This document shows positions 25,369 through 34,812 of a DNA stretch of 38,982 nt, piece by piece. The notes under the pieces were generated by a model. The model searched no databases, was not told where the DNA came from, and worked only from the letters and a program-made list of their open reading frames with translations. This DNA comes from an uncultured Verrucomicrobiota bacterium. Lineage in GTDB: Bacteria; Verrucomicrobiota; Verrucomicrobiia; Limisphaerales; UBA8199. Where the stretch lies: positions 1-38,982 of the forward strand of contig CAZHEW010000002.1 in the NCBI GenBank assembly GCA_964531815.1. The letters run 5' to 3'. Numbering within the stretch: the first letter of the stretch is position 1; each line of letters starts with the position of its first letter. A program made the translations under genes and the position numbers.

Positions 25369-26661
25369 ATGGCGCGCCCGACCAGTCTGACGATCTGCAG
25401 CTTCTGCGGCAAGTCCCACGCCGAGGTCAAGAAGCTCATTGCCGGACCGGGCGTTTACATCTGCGATAACTGCGTCATTCTCTGCACCCAGGTCCTGGAC
25501 AAAGACCTGGCCTCGCAAACCAAGAGGCCCAAGCCGCGCGTTCAAGTCCCCAAACCCTCCGAAATCAAACGCCGGCTTGACCAGGCGTGCATCGGCCAGG
25601 AACATGCCAAGAAGACGCTGGCCGTTGCCGTCCACAACCATTACAAGCGCATACTCCAGGAATTGCCGCCGTCGCGGCCCGAGGAAGCGGACCAGGCGCG
25701 GGACGACTCGAAGGCCGAAGTCGAGATCGAGAAGAGCAATATTCTGATGATCGGCCCGACGGGGTCGGGCAAGACGCTGCTGGCCCGCACGCTGGCGCGG
25801 GTGCTGGACGTGCCCTTTGCCATTGCAGACGCCACCACGCTGACCGAGGCCGGCTACGTGGGCGAGGATGTCGAGAACATCATTCTTCGCCTCCTCCAGA
25901 ATGCCGATTATGATGTGAGGCGGGCGCAGCGCGGCATCGTTTATATTGACGAGATTGACAAGATTGCGCGCAAGACCGACAACGTCTCGATAACGCGCGA
26001 TGTGTCGGGGGAGGGGGTGCAGCAGGCGCTGTTGAAGATTCTGGAAGGCACCGTGTGCAGCGTCCCCCCGCAAGGCGGCCGCAAGCATCCGCAGCAGGAG
26101 TACGTCCGGGTGAACACGAGCAACATCCTGTTCATTTGCGGCGGCGCCTTTGTCGGCATCGAGCGGATCATCCAGCGCCGCCTGGGCCGCCACGTGCTGG
26201 GATTTCACTCCGGCGGGGGAGCCCAGAATGACGCGGCTGTCGAGCGGCAGGAGATCCTGCAATATGTCGAGCCCGAGGATTTGCTCAGCTACGGGTTCAT
26301 CCCCGAGTTCGTCGGCCGTCTGCCGATGACGACCGTGCTGGCGGAGTTAACGGAGGCGCAGTTGGTCTCGATTCTGACCGAGACCAAGAACGCGCTGACC
26401 AAGCAATATGCGAAGCTGCTGGCGATGGAGGGTGTGGAACTGGAGTTTTCACCCGACGGGCTGCGCGAGCTGGCGGCGCAGGCGATCAGGAAGGGCACCG
26501 GCGCACGCGCCTTGCGCAGCCTGCTCGAACGCCTGATGCTCGACATTATGTACGATGTGCCCGGCAACGAGGACATCCTGCACGTGCACATTACCGGGCC
26601 GGTAGTAACCGGTCGAAGCAAACCGATTATCCGCCGCAAACACAACCGGGCAGCGGCCTGA
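25369..26661 (+). CDS. clpX: ATP-dependent Clp protease ATP-binding subunit ClpX
   Basis: N-terminal zinc-binding CSFCGK...YICDNC. Walker [19 protein letters not shown] Walker B. Confidence 0.95.
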   Translation: MARPTSLTICSFCGKSHAEVKKLIAGPGVYICDNCVILCTQVLDKDLASQTKRPKPRVQVPKPSEIKRRLDQACIGQEHAKKTLAVAVHNHYKRILQELPPSRPEEADQARDDSKAEVEIEKSNILMIGPTGSGKTLLARTLARVLDVPFAIADATTLTEAGYVGEDVENIILRLLQNADYDVRRAQRGIVYIDEIDKIARKTDNVSITRDVSGEGVQQALLKILEGTVCSVPPQGGRKHPQQEYVRVNTSNILFICGGAFVGIERIIQRRLGRHVLGFHSGGGAQNDAAVERQEILQYVEPEDLLSYGFIPEFVGRLPMTTVLAELTEAQLVSILTETKNALTKQYAKLLAMEGVELEFSPDGLRELAAQAIRKGTGARALRSLLERLMLDIMYDVPGNEDILHVHITGPVVTGRSKPIIRRKHNRAAA

Positions 26662-26693
26662 TTCACCTCCGCCGCGCATATCCCTCCGGCCCT

Positions 26694-27476
26694 ATGCCAT
26701 CCAACCCTCCAGCCTCCTCCGTTCCGCCGACCACTCCCGCCTCTACGCCCCCGGCTGCGAAAAGGCACGGATGTCTGTTTTACGGGTGCGGGGCGTTGGC
26801 CGCCCTGGCGCTGGTGATTGTTGCGACGGTTCTGATCACGCTGTGGTGGGTCCAGCGGCCCATTAGACCCGTCGTGCTCTCGCCCCCGGAAAAGGCGGTT
26901 GTCGAGCAGAAGCTCCAGCAGCTTGGCGGCGGGAATGCCCGCGCCGCCGTCCCGCCAAGCCCGGGCGCCATCCCTTCCGCCGTGAAGCGCGAGGCGGAAG
27001 CCGCCGAGACGCCCGCCGTTCCCCCCGTTCCAGCCGCTGGCACGGCTGCGAGCCTAAAGCGCGACCGGCCCTATGTGCCAGGCTCCAGGACGTTGAAGCT
27101 GACCGAGCGGGAAATCAACGGCCTGTTGCACGCCAACACCGATCTGGGCAGGTCTGTGCGGCTGGAGTTCGCGCGAGACGCCGTCCAGGCCTACCTGGCG
27201 GTGCGCATCCCGCAGGACTTTCCAATTGGCGGCGGCCAGATGTTCCGCGCGCGCGGTCGTTTCCTTCTGTCGCTTGGCAACGGCGGCGAGCCTTACGCGG
27301 TGCTGGAGGATTTAACCGTCCTGGGGCTGAGCCTGCCCAAGGCATGGTTGGGAGGGCTCAAAGGCCAGAACCTGATTGGCCGGGCGATGGGGGAACGCGA
27401 CGGCTCGCCCGTGTTCAACGGGATCAAGAGCCTGCGGGTTGAGCCCGGCACCCTGGTGCTGGAAGTCGAGGAGTAA
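26694..27476 (+). CDS. hypothetical membrane-anchored protein
   Basis: Pro/Ser/Thr-rich N-terminus, single TM (ALAALALVIVATVLITLWWV), then a Pro/Ala linker and a globular C-terminal part. No motif recognised. Confidence 0.5.
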   Translation: MPSNPPASSVPPTTPASTPPAAKRHGCLFYGCGALAALALVIVATVLITLWWVQRPIRPVVLSPPEKAVVEQKLQQLGGGNARAAVPPSPGAIPSAVKREAEAAETPAVPPVPAAGTAASLKRDRPYVPGSRTLKLTEREINGLLHANTDLGRSVRLEFARDAVQAYLAVRIPQDFPIGGGQMFRARGRFLLSLGNGGEPYAVLEDLTVLGLSLPKAWLGGLKGQNLIGRAMGERDGSPVFNGIKSLRVEPGTLVLEVEE

Positions 27477-27484
27477 GGGGCGGG

Positions 27485-28375
27485 TCAGGTCTTGGGTTTG
27501 CGCGGCCGCTTCGGCGAGCGCTTCGGCGGCGGCACCTCTCTGATCTCCGCGTCGAAAGTCCCCGCGATGAAGCTCCTGGCTTCATCAGGCAGGCAGAGGT
27601 AAATCTTGCCGGGCATTCGCCCGTTGGCGGCCTGGCCAAACACGAGCTTGAGGGCGTATCCGTTGGTGATTGTTTCGGTGGCGGATTGCTGGTGCTCGTC
27701 TTTCCAGCGCAATAGGATGTGCGGTGCGCGGGGGCGGTCCGGGGTAACCTCGAGGCTCCCGCCGCTTAGGTCCTCAGCCTGCCGGGCGAGGAGGTTGACG
27801 TTGACCCCCAAGTCCCACGGCCAGGTCTTGCCCTGGCTTAGAGATAGAAAGTCGCTCCGCAAGATGGCTCGCTCGCAAAAGAACCCGCTGCCGTGAATCC
27901 TGCCGGCCACGGTCGTTTCAGGGAGGACTTCGTTCGTGAGGTTCAGCGTCCACTGGATGTTGGTCGGAACCGGGTAGTTGGTGTTGAGGATAACCGGATC
28001 AGCCGGCGCCTGGGCCAGCGCATTGGTGACGCCCGGTTGCTCCGGAGGGGCGGGTTTGAAAATCTGGTGGCGGAACAGGACCAGCGCCGCGCCCGCGGCG
28101 CAAAGCAGGACGAGCAGGGCGACCAGGGCCGGGACAACGGTGCGACGGGGCGAGGCTTGCAGGGGGTCCAACTGGGGGGCGGCGTCCAGCGAAGTCGGGC
28201 GGGCTTTGGCCACCTGGGCCGCCGACACAATGAGCTTGGTGTCCTGGACCGCGGGGGCCTGGGGCACAATGATCTTCTGAAAGCAAGTTGGGCACTCAAG
28301 CTGCCCGCCGCTTGCGCTGGCATCGGCCGTGATATGCTGGCCGCAAACCGGACACGCGAATTTGAACTCGCTCAT
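27485..28375 (-). CDS. hypothetical zinc-ribbon membrane protein
   Basis: Start at ATG 28375 gives MSEFKFACPVCGQHITADASASGGQLECPTCFQKI (CxxC...CxxC). Central TM VVPALVALLVLLCAAGAALVLF. Basic C-terminal tail. Confidence 0.6.
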   Translation of the reverse strand: MSEFKFACPVCGQHITADASASGGQLECPTCFQKIIVPQAPAVQDTKLIVSAAQVAKARPTSLDAAPQLDPLQASPRRTVVPALVALLVLLCAAGAALVLFRHQIFKPAPPEQPGVTNALAQAPADPVILNTNYPVPTNIQWTLNLTNEVLPETTVAGRIHGSGFFCERAILRSDFLSLSQGKTWPWDLGVNVNLLARQAEDLSGGSLEVTPDRPRAPHILLRWKDEHQQSATETITNGYALKLVFGQAANGRMPGKIYLCLPDEARSFIAGTFDAEIREVPPPKRSPKRPRKPKT

Positions 28376-28476
28376 TTGTTCGGCGGCTACGATTTCACAC
28401 GGGGCCGGGCAGGACAATGCTTTTTTGGCAGTGACTTCCCCGCCCCATCGGCGCACATTCGGCGCGAGCGAAGCGC

Positions 28477-29877
28477 ATGAACAATACCTCACCTGTCTCT
28501 CGGAGCGGACGATTCGCCGGCGGTCCTGCGGCGGACGTGGCGCAATTCACCGAATCCATCGCCTTCGACCGGCGGCTCTGGCGCCAGGACCTTGCCGGGT
28601 CGGCGGCCCACGCAAAGATGCTGCGCCGGGCCGGCTTCCTGACGCGGCGGGAATTGCAGGCGATCCTGCGAGGGCTGGCGGCCATCGGCAGGGAAATCGC
28701 GGCGGGGAAGTTCCGCTGGCAGTCCGAGCTGGAGGATGTCCACATGAATATCGAGGCCGCCCTGACGCGGCGGGCGCCGGCTGGAGCCAAGCTGCATACG
28801 GGCCGCTCGCGCAACGATCAAGTGGCGCTGGATATGCGGCTGTGGCTGCGCGAGCAAATCGCGGAGCTGGCCGGGGAGATCCGGCGGCTGCAGCGCGCGC
28901 TGGTGCGGCTGGCGCAGCGCGAGCGCGAGGTGGTGATCCCAGGGTACACCCACTTGCAGCGGGCGCAGCCGGTTTATCTGGCGCACCACCTCCTGGCTTA
29001 CGCGGAGATGCTCGAGCGCGACGCCGAACGCCTGCAGGAGTGCCTTGGGCGGGTCTGTGTCTGTCCCTTGGGCAGCGGCGCGCTGGCAGGCTCCACCCTG
29101 CCGCTGGACCGCGAGCTGGTGGCGAAGTTGCTTGGGTTTGTGGACGCGCGGGGCCGGCCGCGATTGACACAGAACTCCATGGACGCCGTGAGCGACCGCG
29201 ACTTCGTGGTGGAGTTCTGTGGCCACGCGGCGTTGTTGGGGGCGCACCTGTCACGGCTGGCCGAAGACCTCATCCTGTGGTCGAGCAGCGAGTTTAGCTT
29301 CGTCCGCATCGCCGATGCATTTACCACCGGTTCGTCCCTGATGCCGCAGAAGAAGAATCCCGATGTCGCCGAGCTGATCCGGGGCAAGAGCGGGCGGCTG
29401 ATTGGCAACCTGGTCGCACTGCTGACACTGCTCAAGGGCCTGCCCATGACCTACAATCGCGACTTGCAGGAGGACAAGGAGCGGCTGTTCGACACAGCCG
29501 ATACGGTGCGGGCGGTCGTGCGCCTGTGCGCCGCCATGCTCGATCACACGCAGGCCAACCGCAAGGCGTGCCGGGCGGCGGCCAGCGACCCGGCGCTGCT
29601 GGCAACCGACCTGGCGGATTACCTCGTCCGGAAAGGACTCCCCTTCCGGCAGGCACACCATGCAGTCGGCGCGCTGGTCGCGCTGGCCGAACGGCTGGGC
29701 AAGCCGCTGGACCGGCTCAGCCTGGCGGAGCTGCGGTCGGTCGAGAAGAGGTTCGGGGAGGACGCGCTCAAGGTGTTCGATCTCAAGCGGGCCCTGGCCC
29801 GGCGCCAGATCACAGGGGCGCCGGGCACCCGGGAGGTTGCCCGGCAGTTGGCGAGGTGGAAGAAGATATTCGGCTGA
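28477..29877 (+). CDS. argH: argininosuccinate lyase
   Basis: GRSRNDQVALDMRLW, GYTHLQRAQP and the fumarate-lyase signature GSSLMPQKKNPD. Confidence 0.95.
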   Translation: MNNTSPVSRSGRFAGGPAADVAQFTESIAFDRRLWRQDLAGSAAHAKMLRRAGFLTRRELQAILRGLAAIGREIAAGKFRWQSELEDVHMNIEAALTRRAPAGAKLHTGRSRNDQVALDMRLWLREQIAELAGEIRRLQRALVRLAQREREVVIPGYTHLQRAQPVYLAHHLLAYAEMLERDAERLQECLGRVCVCPLGSGALAGSTLPLDRELVAKLLGFVDARGRPRLTQNSMDAVSDRDFVVEFCGHAALLGAHLSRLAEDLILWSSSEFSFVRIADAFTTGSSLMPQKKNPDVAELIRGKSGRLIGNLVALLTLLKGLPMTYNRDLQEDKERLFDTADTVRAVVRLCAAMLDHTQANRKACRAAASDPALLATDLADYLVRKGLPFRQAHHAVGALVALAERLGKPLDRLSLAELRSVEKRFGEDALKVFDLKRALARRQITGAPGTREVARQLARWKKIFG

Positions 29878-29930
29878 GCCAGGCGCCGCCGTCAGGCGCG
29901 GCGGCCCGGCATCTCCAGCCCGCAGAAACC

Positions 29931-30971
29931 ATGGCGCAAGCGCACCAAGAACTGCTATCCAGCTTGCTCAAGGACGTGTCGCGCTCCTTTTACCTCACGC
30001 TGCGGGTGCTGCCGGGCAGCATTCGGAAGCCAATCGGGCTGGCCTATCTGCTGGCGCGCACGACCGACACCATCGCCGACACCGAGCTGGTGGCGCCGGA
30101 GCAACGGCTGGAGGCCCTGCGCGCCATGCGCGAGAGGATTCAGGGTCAGGGCCAGGAGGCGGCGCGGCTGGATTTCGGCGCTCTGGCCCGGCGCCAGGGC
30201 TCGCCCGCGGAAGCGATTCTGCTGGAGCGCTGCGAACAGAGCCTGGCGCTGCTGCACCGCCTGCCGCCCGCGGATCGGCAACTTGTGCGCGAGGTGCTCA
30301 ACACCATTACCAGCGGGCAGGAACTGGACTTGCGACGCTTTGCCGGCGCTTCGGCCGACGTGCTGGTGGCGCTGCGCACAGACGATGAGTTGGATGATTA
30401 CACCTACCGCGTGGCCGGCTGTGTCGGCGAGTTCTGGACCAGGATGTGCCGCGCGCACGTGTTCCCCCGGGCGGCACTGGATGACGGATTCCTGCTGGCC
30501 AACGGCGCGCGGTTCGGCAGAGGGCTGCAACTGGTGAATATTCTGCGCGATGTGGCGGCAGATCTGCGCCACGGGCGCTGCTACTTGCCCGCCGAAAAGC
30601 TGGCGGCTGCGGGGTTGAAACCGGCCGACCTCCTGTTGCCGGCGAACGAGCCGCGCTTTCGCGCGCTCTACCACGCGTATCTGGACCGCGCGGAAGATCA
30701 TCTGCGGGCGGGCGCGGCTTACACCAACGCCCTGCCGCGGCGCAGCGCGCGCGTGCGGCTGGCCAGCGCGTGGCCGATTTTGATCGGCTGGGAGACGCTC
30801 GCGCGGTTGCGCGCCGGCAACGCGCTCGACCCGGCGCGCCGAATCAAGGTCAGCCGGCGCCAGGTGCGGCGGTTCATCCTGCGTTCCGTTCTGCTTTACC
30901 CCTGGCCGGGGGCCTGGGAAAAGTTGTTGCCCGCCGGGAAACCTGTTGCGTCCCCAGCCGTTTTGCCGTAA
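29931..30971 (+). CDS. squalene/phytoene synthase family protein
   Basis: SRSFYLTLRVLP...AYLLARTTDTIAD (first Asp-rich motif), DDYTYRVAGCVG, NILRDVAADLRHGRCYLP (second DxxxD). Start at ATG 29931; the ORF-track start at 29526 overlaps argH. Confidence 0.75.
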   Translation: MAQAHQELLSSLLKDVSRSFYLTLRVLPGSIRKPIGLAYLLARTTDTIADTELVAPEQRLEALRAMRERIQGQGQEAARLDFGALARRQGSPAEAILLERCEQSLALLHRLPPADRQLVREVLNTITSGQELDLRRFAGASADVLVALRTDDELDDYTYRVAGCVGEFWTRMCRAHVFPRAALDDGFLLANGARFGRGLQLVNILRDVAADLRHGRCYLPAEKLAAAGLKPADLLLPANEPRFRALYHAYLDRAEDHLRAGAAYTNALPRRSARVRLASAWPILIGWETLARLRAGNALDPARRIKVSRRQVRRFILRSVLLYPWPGAWEKLLPAGKPVASPAVLP

Positions 30972-30981
30972 AAGAGCCGTC

Positions 30982-31608
30982 ATGCAGATTTCAAAGTCCT
31001 TCCTGGTCGCCTGCGCCGCGGCGTATGGCGCGGCTGTGTCGCCGCTCTGTGCGGAGGACACGGAAGCGCAGATTAGGGCCCGCGTGGCGTTGCAGCAAAA
31101 GCTCAATGAGTTGCAGATGCAGCCGCAGCCCGCGGCCGTCCCGGCGCCCGCGGTGGCAGTAGTGACACCGGCGCCGGCAACCGTGTCGGTCGCACCGGCA
31201 GCGGCGGACTCGGAGAGCGTCGCCAGGGCGCGCGAAACCATGCGCCGGAAGATGGCTGAACTGGAGCAATCGCCGGTCGCTGAACCTGCCGCCGCGCTTG
31301 CGCCGGCCCCGGCGGCGGCAACGCAGGCCAAGCGCCGGACCAAGCCGCCCAAGACTGAGAAAGCGGCTGAGCGCGCGCTGGCTCAATCAGCCGACGCCTC
31401 CACGGCTCCCGCGGCCGTGCCCGGGGCTGCCAGCAAGTCAACCGGCGTCCAAGCCGCGGAGTCCCTCCCGCAAATGGAAGGCCCCGCCGCAGCTATTCCC
31501 GTGAACAAACAGCAGCGCCTGGAGGAGTTGTTAAACCGCTACCGGGCCGACCAGATCACCCCCGAGGAATACCACCAGCAACGCGCCGCAATCCTGGCTG
31601 AACCCTGA
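30982..31608 (+). CDS. hypothetical secreted Ala/Pro-rich protein with SHOCT-like C-terminus
   Basis: Signal peptide MQISKSFLVACAAAYGAAVSPLCA. Low-complexity A/P repeats. C-terminal EELLNRYRADQITPEEYHQQRAAIL resembles the SHOCT short C-terminal motif. Confidence 0.5.
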   Translation: MQISKSFLVACAAAYGAAVSPLCAEDTEAQIRARVALQQKLNELQMQPQPAAVPAPAVAVVTPAPATVSVAPAAADSESVARARETMRRKMAELEQSPVAEPAAALAPAPAAATQAKRRTKPPKTEKAAERALAQSADASTAPAAVPGAASKSTGVQAAESLPQMEGPAAAIPVNKQQRLEELLNRYRADQITPEEYHQQRAAILAEP

Positions 31609-31621
31609 CAGCGATTCTCCA

Positions 31622-32668
31622 ATGAAAAACACCAAATCACGGATGCCCGGTCGAAAAGTCAACGTCGCGGTCGTAGGCCTCGGGTTCATGGGCGTGACCC
31701 ATATCAAGGCTTACCGGCAGCTCAAGGCCGCGCGCATCGTTGCGGTCTGCGATTCCGTCCGCGTCCCCGTCAACGGGGTGCTGCCCGGCGTGGCGGGCAA
31801 CATCACCGGGTCGGACGCGATTGACCTGGGCCGCCAGCTCCGGGTCTATCGCGCGCTCGAAGAACTGCTGGCCGACCCCGAGGTGGAGCTGGTGGATCTT
31901 TGCGTGCCCACGGTTCTGCATCCCCGGCAAGCCATCGCGGCGCTCAAGGCCGGCAAGCACGTGCTGTGCGAGAAGCCTCTGGCCCTCAACTCGGCGCAGG
32001 CGCGGAGCATTGTGCGCGCCGCCCAATCCGCCCGCGGCTTCTTCATGCCGGCCATGTGCATGCGGTTCTGGCCGGGCTGGTCCTGCCTCAAGCAAGTGGT
32101 CGCGGAAAAGCCTTACGGCAGGATTCTGGCCGCCAGCTTCCGGCGCCTGTCGGCCGCCCCGGGCTGGAGCAAGGCCACCTATGGCTCCGGCAGCCTCTGC
32201 GGCGGAGCTTTGCTCGACTTGCACATTCACGACACCGACTTCGTGCAATTCCTTTTCGGCCGGCCGAACAGCGTCTCGTCCAGCGGCGTCACGCGCAAGG
32301 GCAACTCCATTGATCACGTCGTCACCCAATACCATTATCGCGGCGGTCCCGCCGTCTATGCCGAGGGTACCTGGCTGCTGGCTGGCGGCTTCAACATGGC
32401 CTACACGGTGATCTGCGAGCGGGCGACGCTCGACTATGACCTGGCGCGGGGCGCCGAAGCCCTGCGGATCACCGAGCTCGGCAAAGCCCCCCGTGTTGTC
32501 AAGTGCGGCGGCTCGGACGGCTACAGCGGCGAGATCAGCTACATGCTGCAGGCGATCCAAAGCGGCAAAGCCCCCAAGGTGGTCACCGCCAAAGACGGCC
32601 TGAGCGCCGTCCAGATTTGCGAGGCGGAGGCCAAGTCCGTCCGGACTGGCCGCATCGTGTCCCTTTAG
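31622..32668 (+). CDS. Gfo/Idh/MocA family oxidoreductase
   Basis: N-terminal Rossmann VNVAVVGLGFMGVTHIKAY and the EKPLAL motif (HVLCEKPLALNSAQA). Confidence 0.85.
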   Translation: MKNTKSRMPGRKVNVAVVGLGFMGVTHIKAYRQLKAARIVAVCDSVRVPVNGVLPGVAGNITGSDAIDLGRQLRVYRALEELLADPEVELVDLCVPTVLHPRQAIAALKAGKHVLCEKPLALNSAQARSIVRAAQSARGFFMPAMCMRFWPGWSCLKQVVAEKPYGRILAASFRRLSAAPGWSKATYGSGSLCGGALLDLHIHDTDFVQFLFGRPNSVSSSGVTRKGNSIDHVVTQYHYRGGPAVYAEGTWLLAGGFNMAYTVICERATLDYDLARGAEALRITELGKAPRVVKCGGSDGYSGEISYMLQAIQSGKAPKVVTAKDGLSAVQICEAEAKSVRTGRIVSL

Positions 32669-32806
32669 TCGGCGCGGGTTTCCCCGCCCATCTTTCTGGC
32701 GCTCTGCCGTCGGGTCCGTCCGCTGTCCCATGCGCGAGCCCCGCCCCCTGCCCGCAGGGCTGCGCCGGGCTTGCGCCATGCCCCGGGCAGCGAGTAACCT
32801 CCACGC

Positions 32807-34168
32807 ATGCTCAACATGAACCAACCTGTGCGTTCCCCGCTGATCCCGCTCCTGCTGCTTGTTTGCTCTCTGCCCGCGCTGGCGGCCAGGGACACCTTCT
32901 ACGCCGTGGGCGCGGCGCGAGTGGACATTACGCCGGACTACCCGATCTGGCTGAACGGCTACGCGGCGCGGCAAAACGAATCCGAGGGCGTTGACCAGCG
33001 CATTTACGCCCAGGCCCTGGCCATCGGCAGCGGCAAGCGAAAACTCGCTCTGCTGCTGACCGTGGACAACGTCGGAGTGCCGAGGGCCGTGCGGGATGAA
33101 GTCGCCGCCCGCCTGGCCCGCAAGGCCGGGCTGCGCCCGGAACGCTTCGCGCTGTGCTCCACCCATACGCACACCGCGCCGATGCTCTCCAACGCGATCC
33201 CGAACATCTTTGGCGCGACCTTGCCTCCCGACCAGCAGGGACGGGTTGACCGCTACACGAGCGAGCTGACCGACAAACTCGAGCAAGCCGCGCTGGCCGC
33301 CCTCAAAGCCCGGCAACCGGCCACGCTCGCGTGGGGCCAGACCCGGGCCGGCTTCGCCGCCAACCGCCGCACCCAGGGCGGCCCGGTGGACCACGACCTG
33401 CCCGTGTTGGTCGCACGTGACAAGTCCGGCCATGTCCGCGCATTGTTCACCAGCTACGCTTGCCATTGCACTACCATGGGCGCCACCCCCAACCGCATCT
33501 GCGGCGATTGGGCCGGCTACGCCCGCGAATACCTCGAACGCGATCATCCCGGCGCGGTGGTGCTGGTCGCTTTGGGCTGTGGCGGGGACGCCAACCCTCA
33601 TCCGCGGGTCGGCCTCGAGCTGGCTCAACAGCACGGCCACACCCTCACCACTGCCGTCAATGCGCTCCTGCAGCAGCCGCTCAAGCCGCTCAGCCGGAAG
33701 CTGGCCTGCCAGGCTAAAGCCATCGCGCTGCCGTTCGACACCCTGCCTTCCCGCGAGGAATGGATGACGCGCGCGCAATCCAACAACCAGTACATTGCCT
33801 ACCACGCGAAGAAAAACCTCGCCCGGCTCGACCGCGGCGAGAAGCTGCCGACCGAACTGCCCTACTTGGTCCAGACGTGGAACTTCGGCCCGGAGCTTGG
33901 CATCGTGTTCCTGCCGGGCGAAGTGGTGGTGGATTACTCGTTGCGGCTGAAGAAGGAATACGACGCAAGCCGGCTCTGGGTGAACGCCTACGCCAATGAT
34001 GTGCCCTGCTACATCCCCTCGAAGCGCATCTGGCGCGAGGGCGGCTACGAGGCCGGCTACGCGATGATCTACTTCGACCGCCCGACCCGCCTGGCCGAGG
34101 GGACAGAGGAGCTGATTGTCTCGACCGTCCACGATCTGCTGCCGCGCGAGTTCAGATCTGGGAAGTGA
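32807..34168 (+). CDS. neutral/alkaline non-lysosomal ceramidase N-terminal domain-like protein
   Basis: Signal peptide. GAARVDITPDYPIWLNGYAARQNESEGVDQRIYAQALAIG and CSTHTHTAP are typical of this family as seen in PVC bacteria. Confidence 0.65.
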   Translation: MLNMNQPVRSPLIPLLLLVCSLPALAARDTFYAVGAARVDITPDYPIWLNGYAARQNESEGVDQRIYAQALAIGSGKRKLALLLTVDNVGVPRAVRDEVAARLARKAGLRPERFALCSTHTHTAPMLSNAIPNIFGATLPPDQQGRVDRYTSELTDKLEQAALAALKARQPATLAWGQTRAGFAANRRTQGGPVDHDLPVLVARDKSGHVRALFTSYACHCTTMGATPNRICGDWAGYAREYLERDHPGAVVLVALGCGGDANPHPRVGLELAQQHGHTLTTAVNALLQQPLKPLSRKLACQAKAIALPFDTLPSREEWMTRAQSNNQYIAYHAKKNLARLDRGEKLPTELPYLVQTWNFGPELGIVFLPGEVVVDYSLRLKKEYDASRLWVNAYANDVPCYIPSKRIWREGGYEAGYAMIYFDRPTRLAEGTEELIVSTVHDLLPREFRSGK

Positions 34169-34252
34169 GCCGGCACATCTGCGAGCTGAGCGCGTAGAAG
34201 CAGCAAGAAGTAGGGTTTGCCCTGTGTTGCTCGCGGCGCTATAGTTTCATCT

Positions 34253-34468
34253 ATGACCATCCAGGCTGTGCAGCAACTGCCGCGGAGTGAGAAACTCAAG
34301 CTTATGGAAGCGCTTTGGGACGATTTGAGCCGCCCTGACAGCGAACTCCAGTCACCGGCTTGGCACGCCGAGGAATTGGCCGCGACCGAACAGCGGTTGG
34401 CTGAAGGCAAGGAGCAGATACTGGACTGGGAAGTCGCCAAGAAAGAGCTGCGAAACACAACTGAATGA
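34253..34468 (+). CDS. putative addiction-module antitoxin component
   Basis: 71 aa. LPRSEKLKLMEALWDDL...SPAWHAEELAATEQRL resembles the TIGR02574-type addiction module component. ATGA overlap with the toxin gene. Confidence 0.7.
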   Translation: MTIQAVQQLPRSEKLKLMEALWDDLSRPDSELQSPAWHAEELAATEQRLAEGKEQILDWEVAKKELRNTTE

Positions 34469-34764
34469 GGATTCGGCTGCTGGCCTCGGCCGTCAAGGAT
34501 CTCGCTTCCGGGCGTGCGTTTTATGAACAGCAGGGGCAGGGCTTGGGAAGCTACTTCCTTGATTCGGTGTTCGCTGACATTGACTCCCTGGCTCTTTACG
34601 GCGGCATCCACGCGGAGATTTTTGGTCATCACCGGCTGCTGACTCGCCGTTTCCCTTACGCGGTGTACTACAAGATGGACAGCCAAGGCTGTGTCGTAGT
34701 CCATCGTGTGTTGGACTGCCGACAACATCCTGGCAAGACGCGGCGGGCGTTGACAGCCGCTTGA
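34465..34764 (+). CDS. type II toxin-antitoxin system RelE/ParE family toxin
   Basis: 99 aa. A..DL......Y pattern at the N-terminus, RRFPYAVYYKMDSQGCVVVHRVLDCRQHP at the C-terminus, typical of the ParE/RelE fold. Confidence 0.7.
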   Translation: MRIRLLASAVKDLASGRAFYEQQGQGLGSYFLDSVFADIDSLALYGGIHAEIFGHHRLLTRRFPYAVYYKMDSQGCVVVHRVLDCRQHPGKTRRALTAA

Positions 34765-34812
34765 CTGCAGTGAGGTCGGGGCCGCCACAGTGATCAGTGG
34801 CGATGCTGAGGT

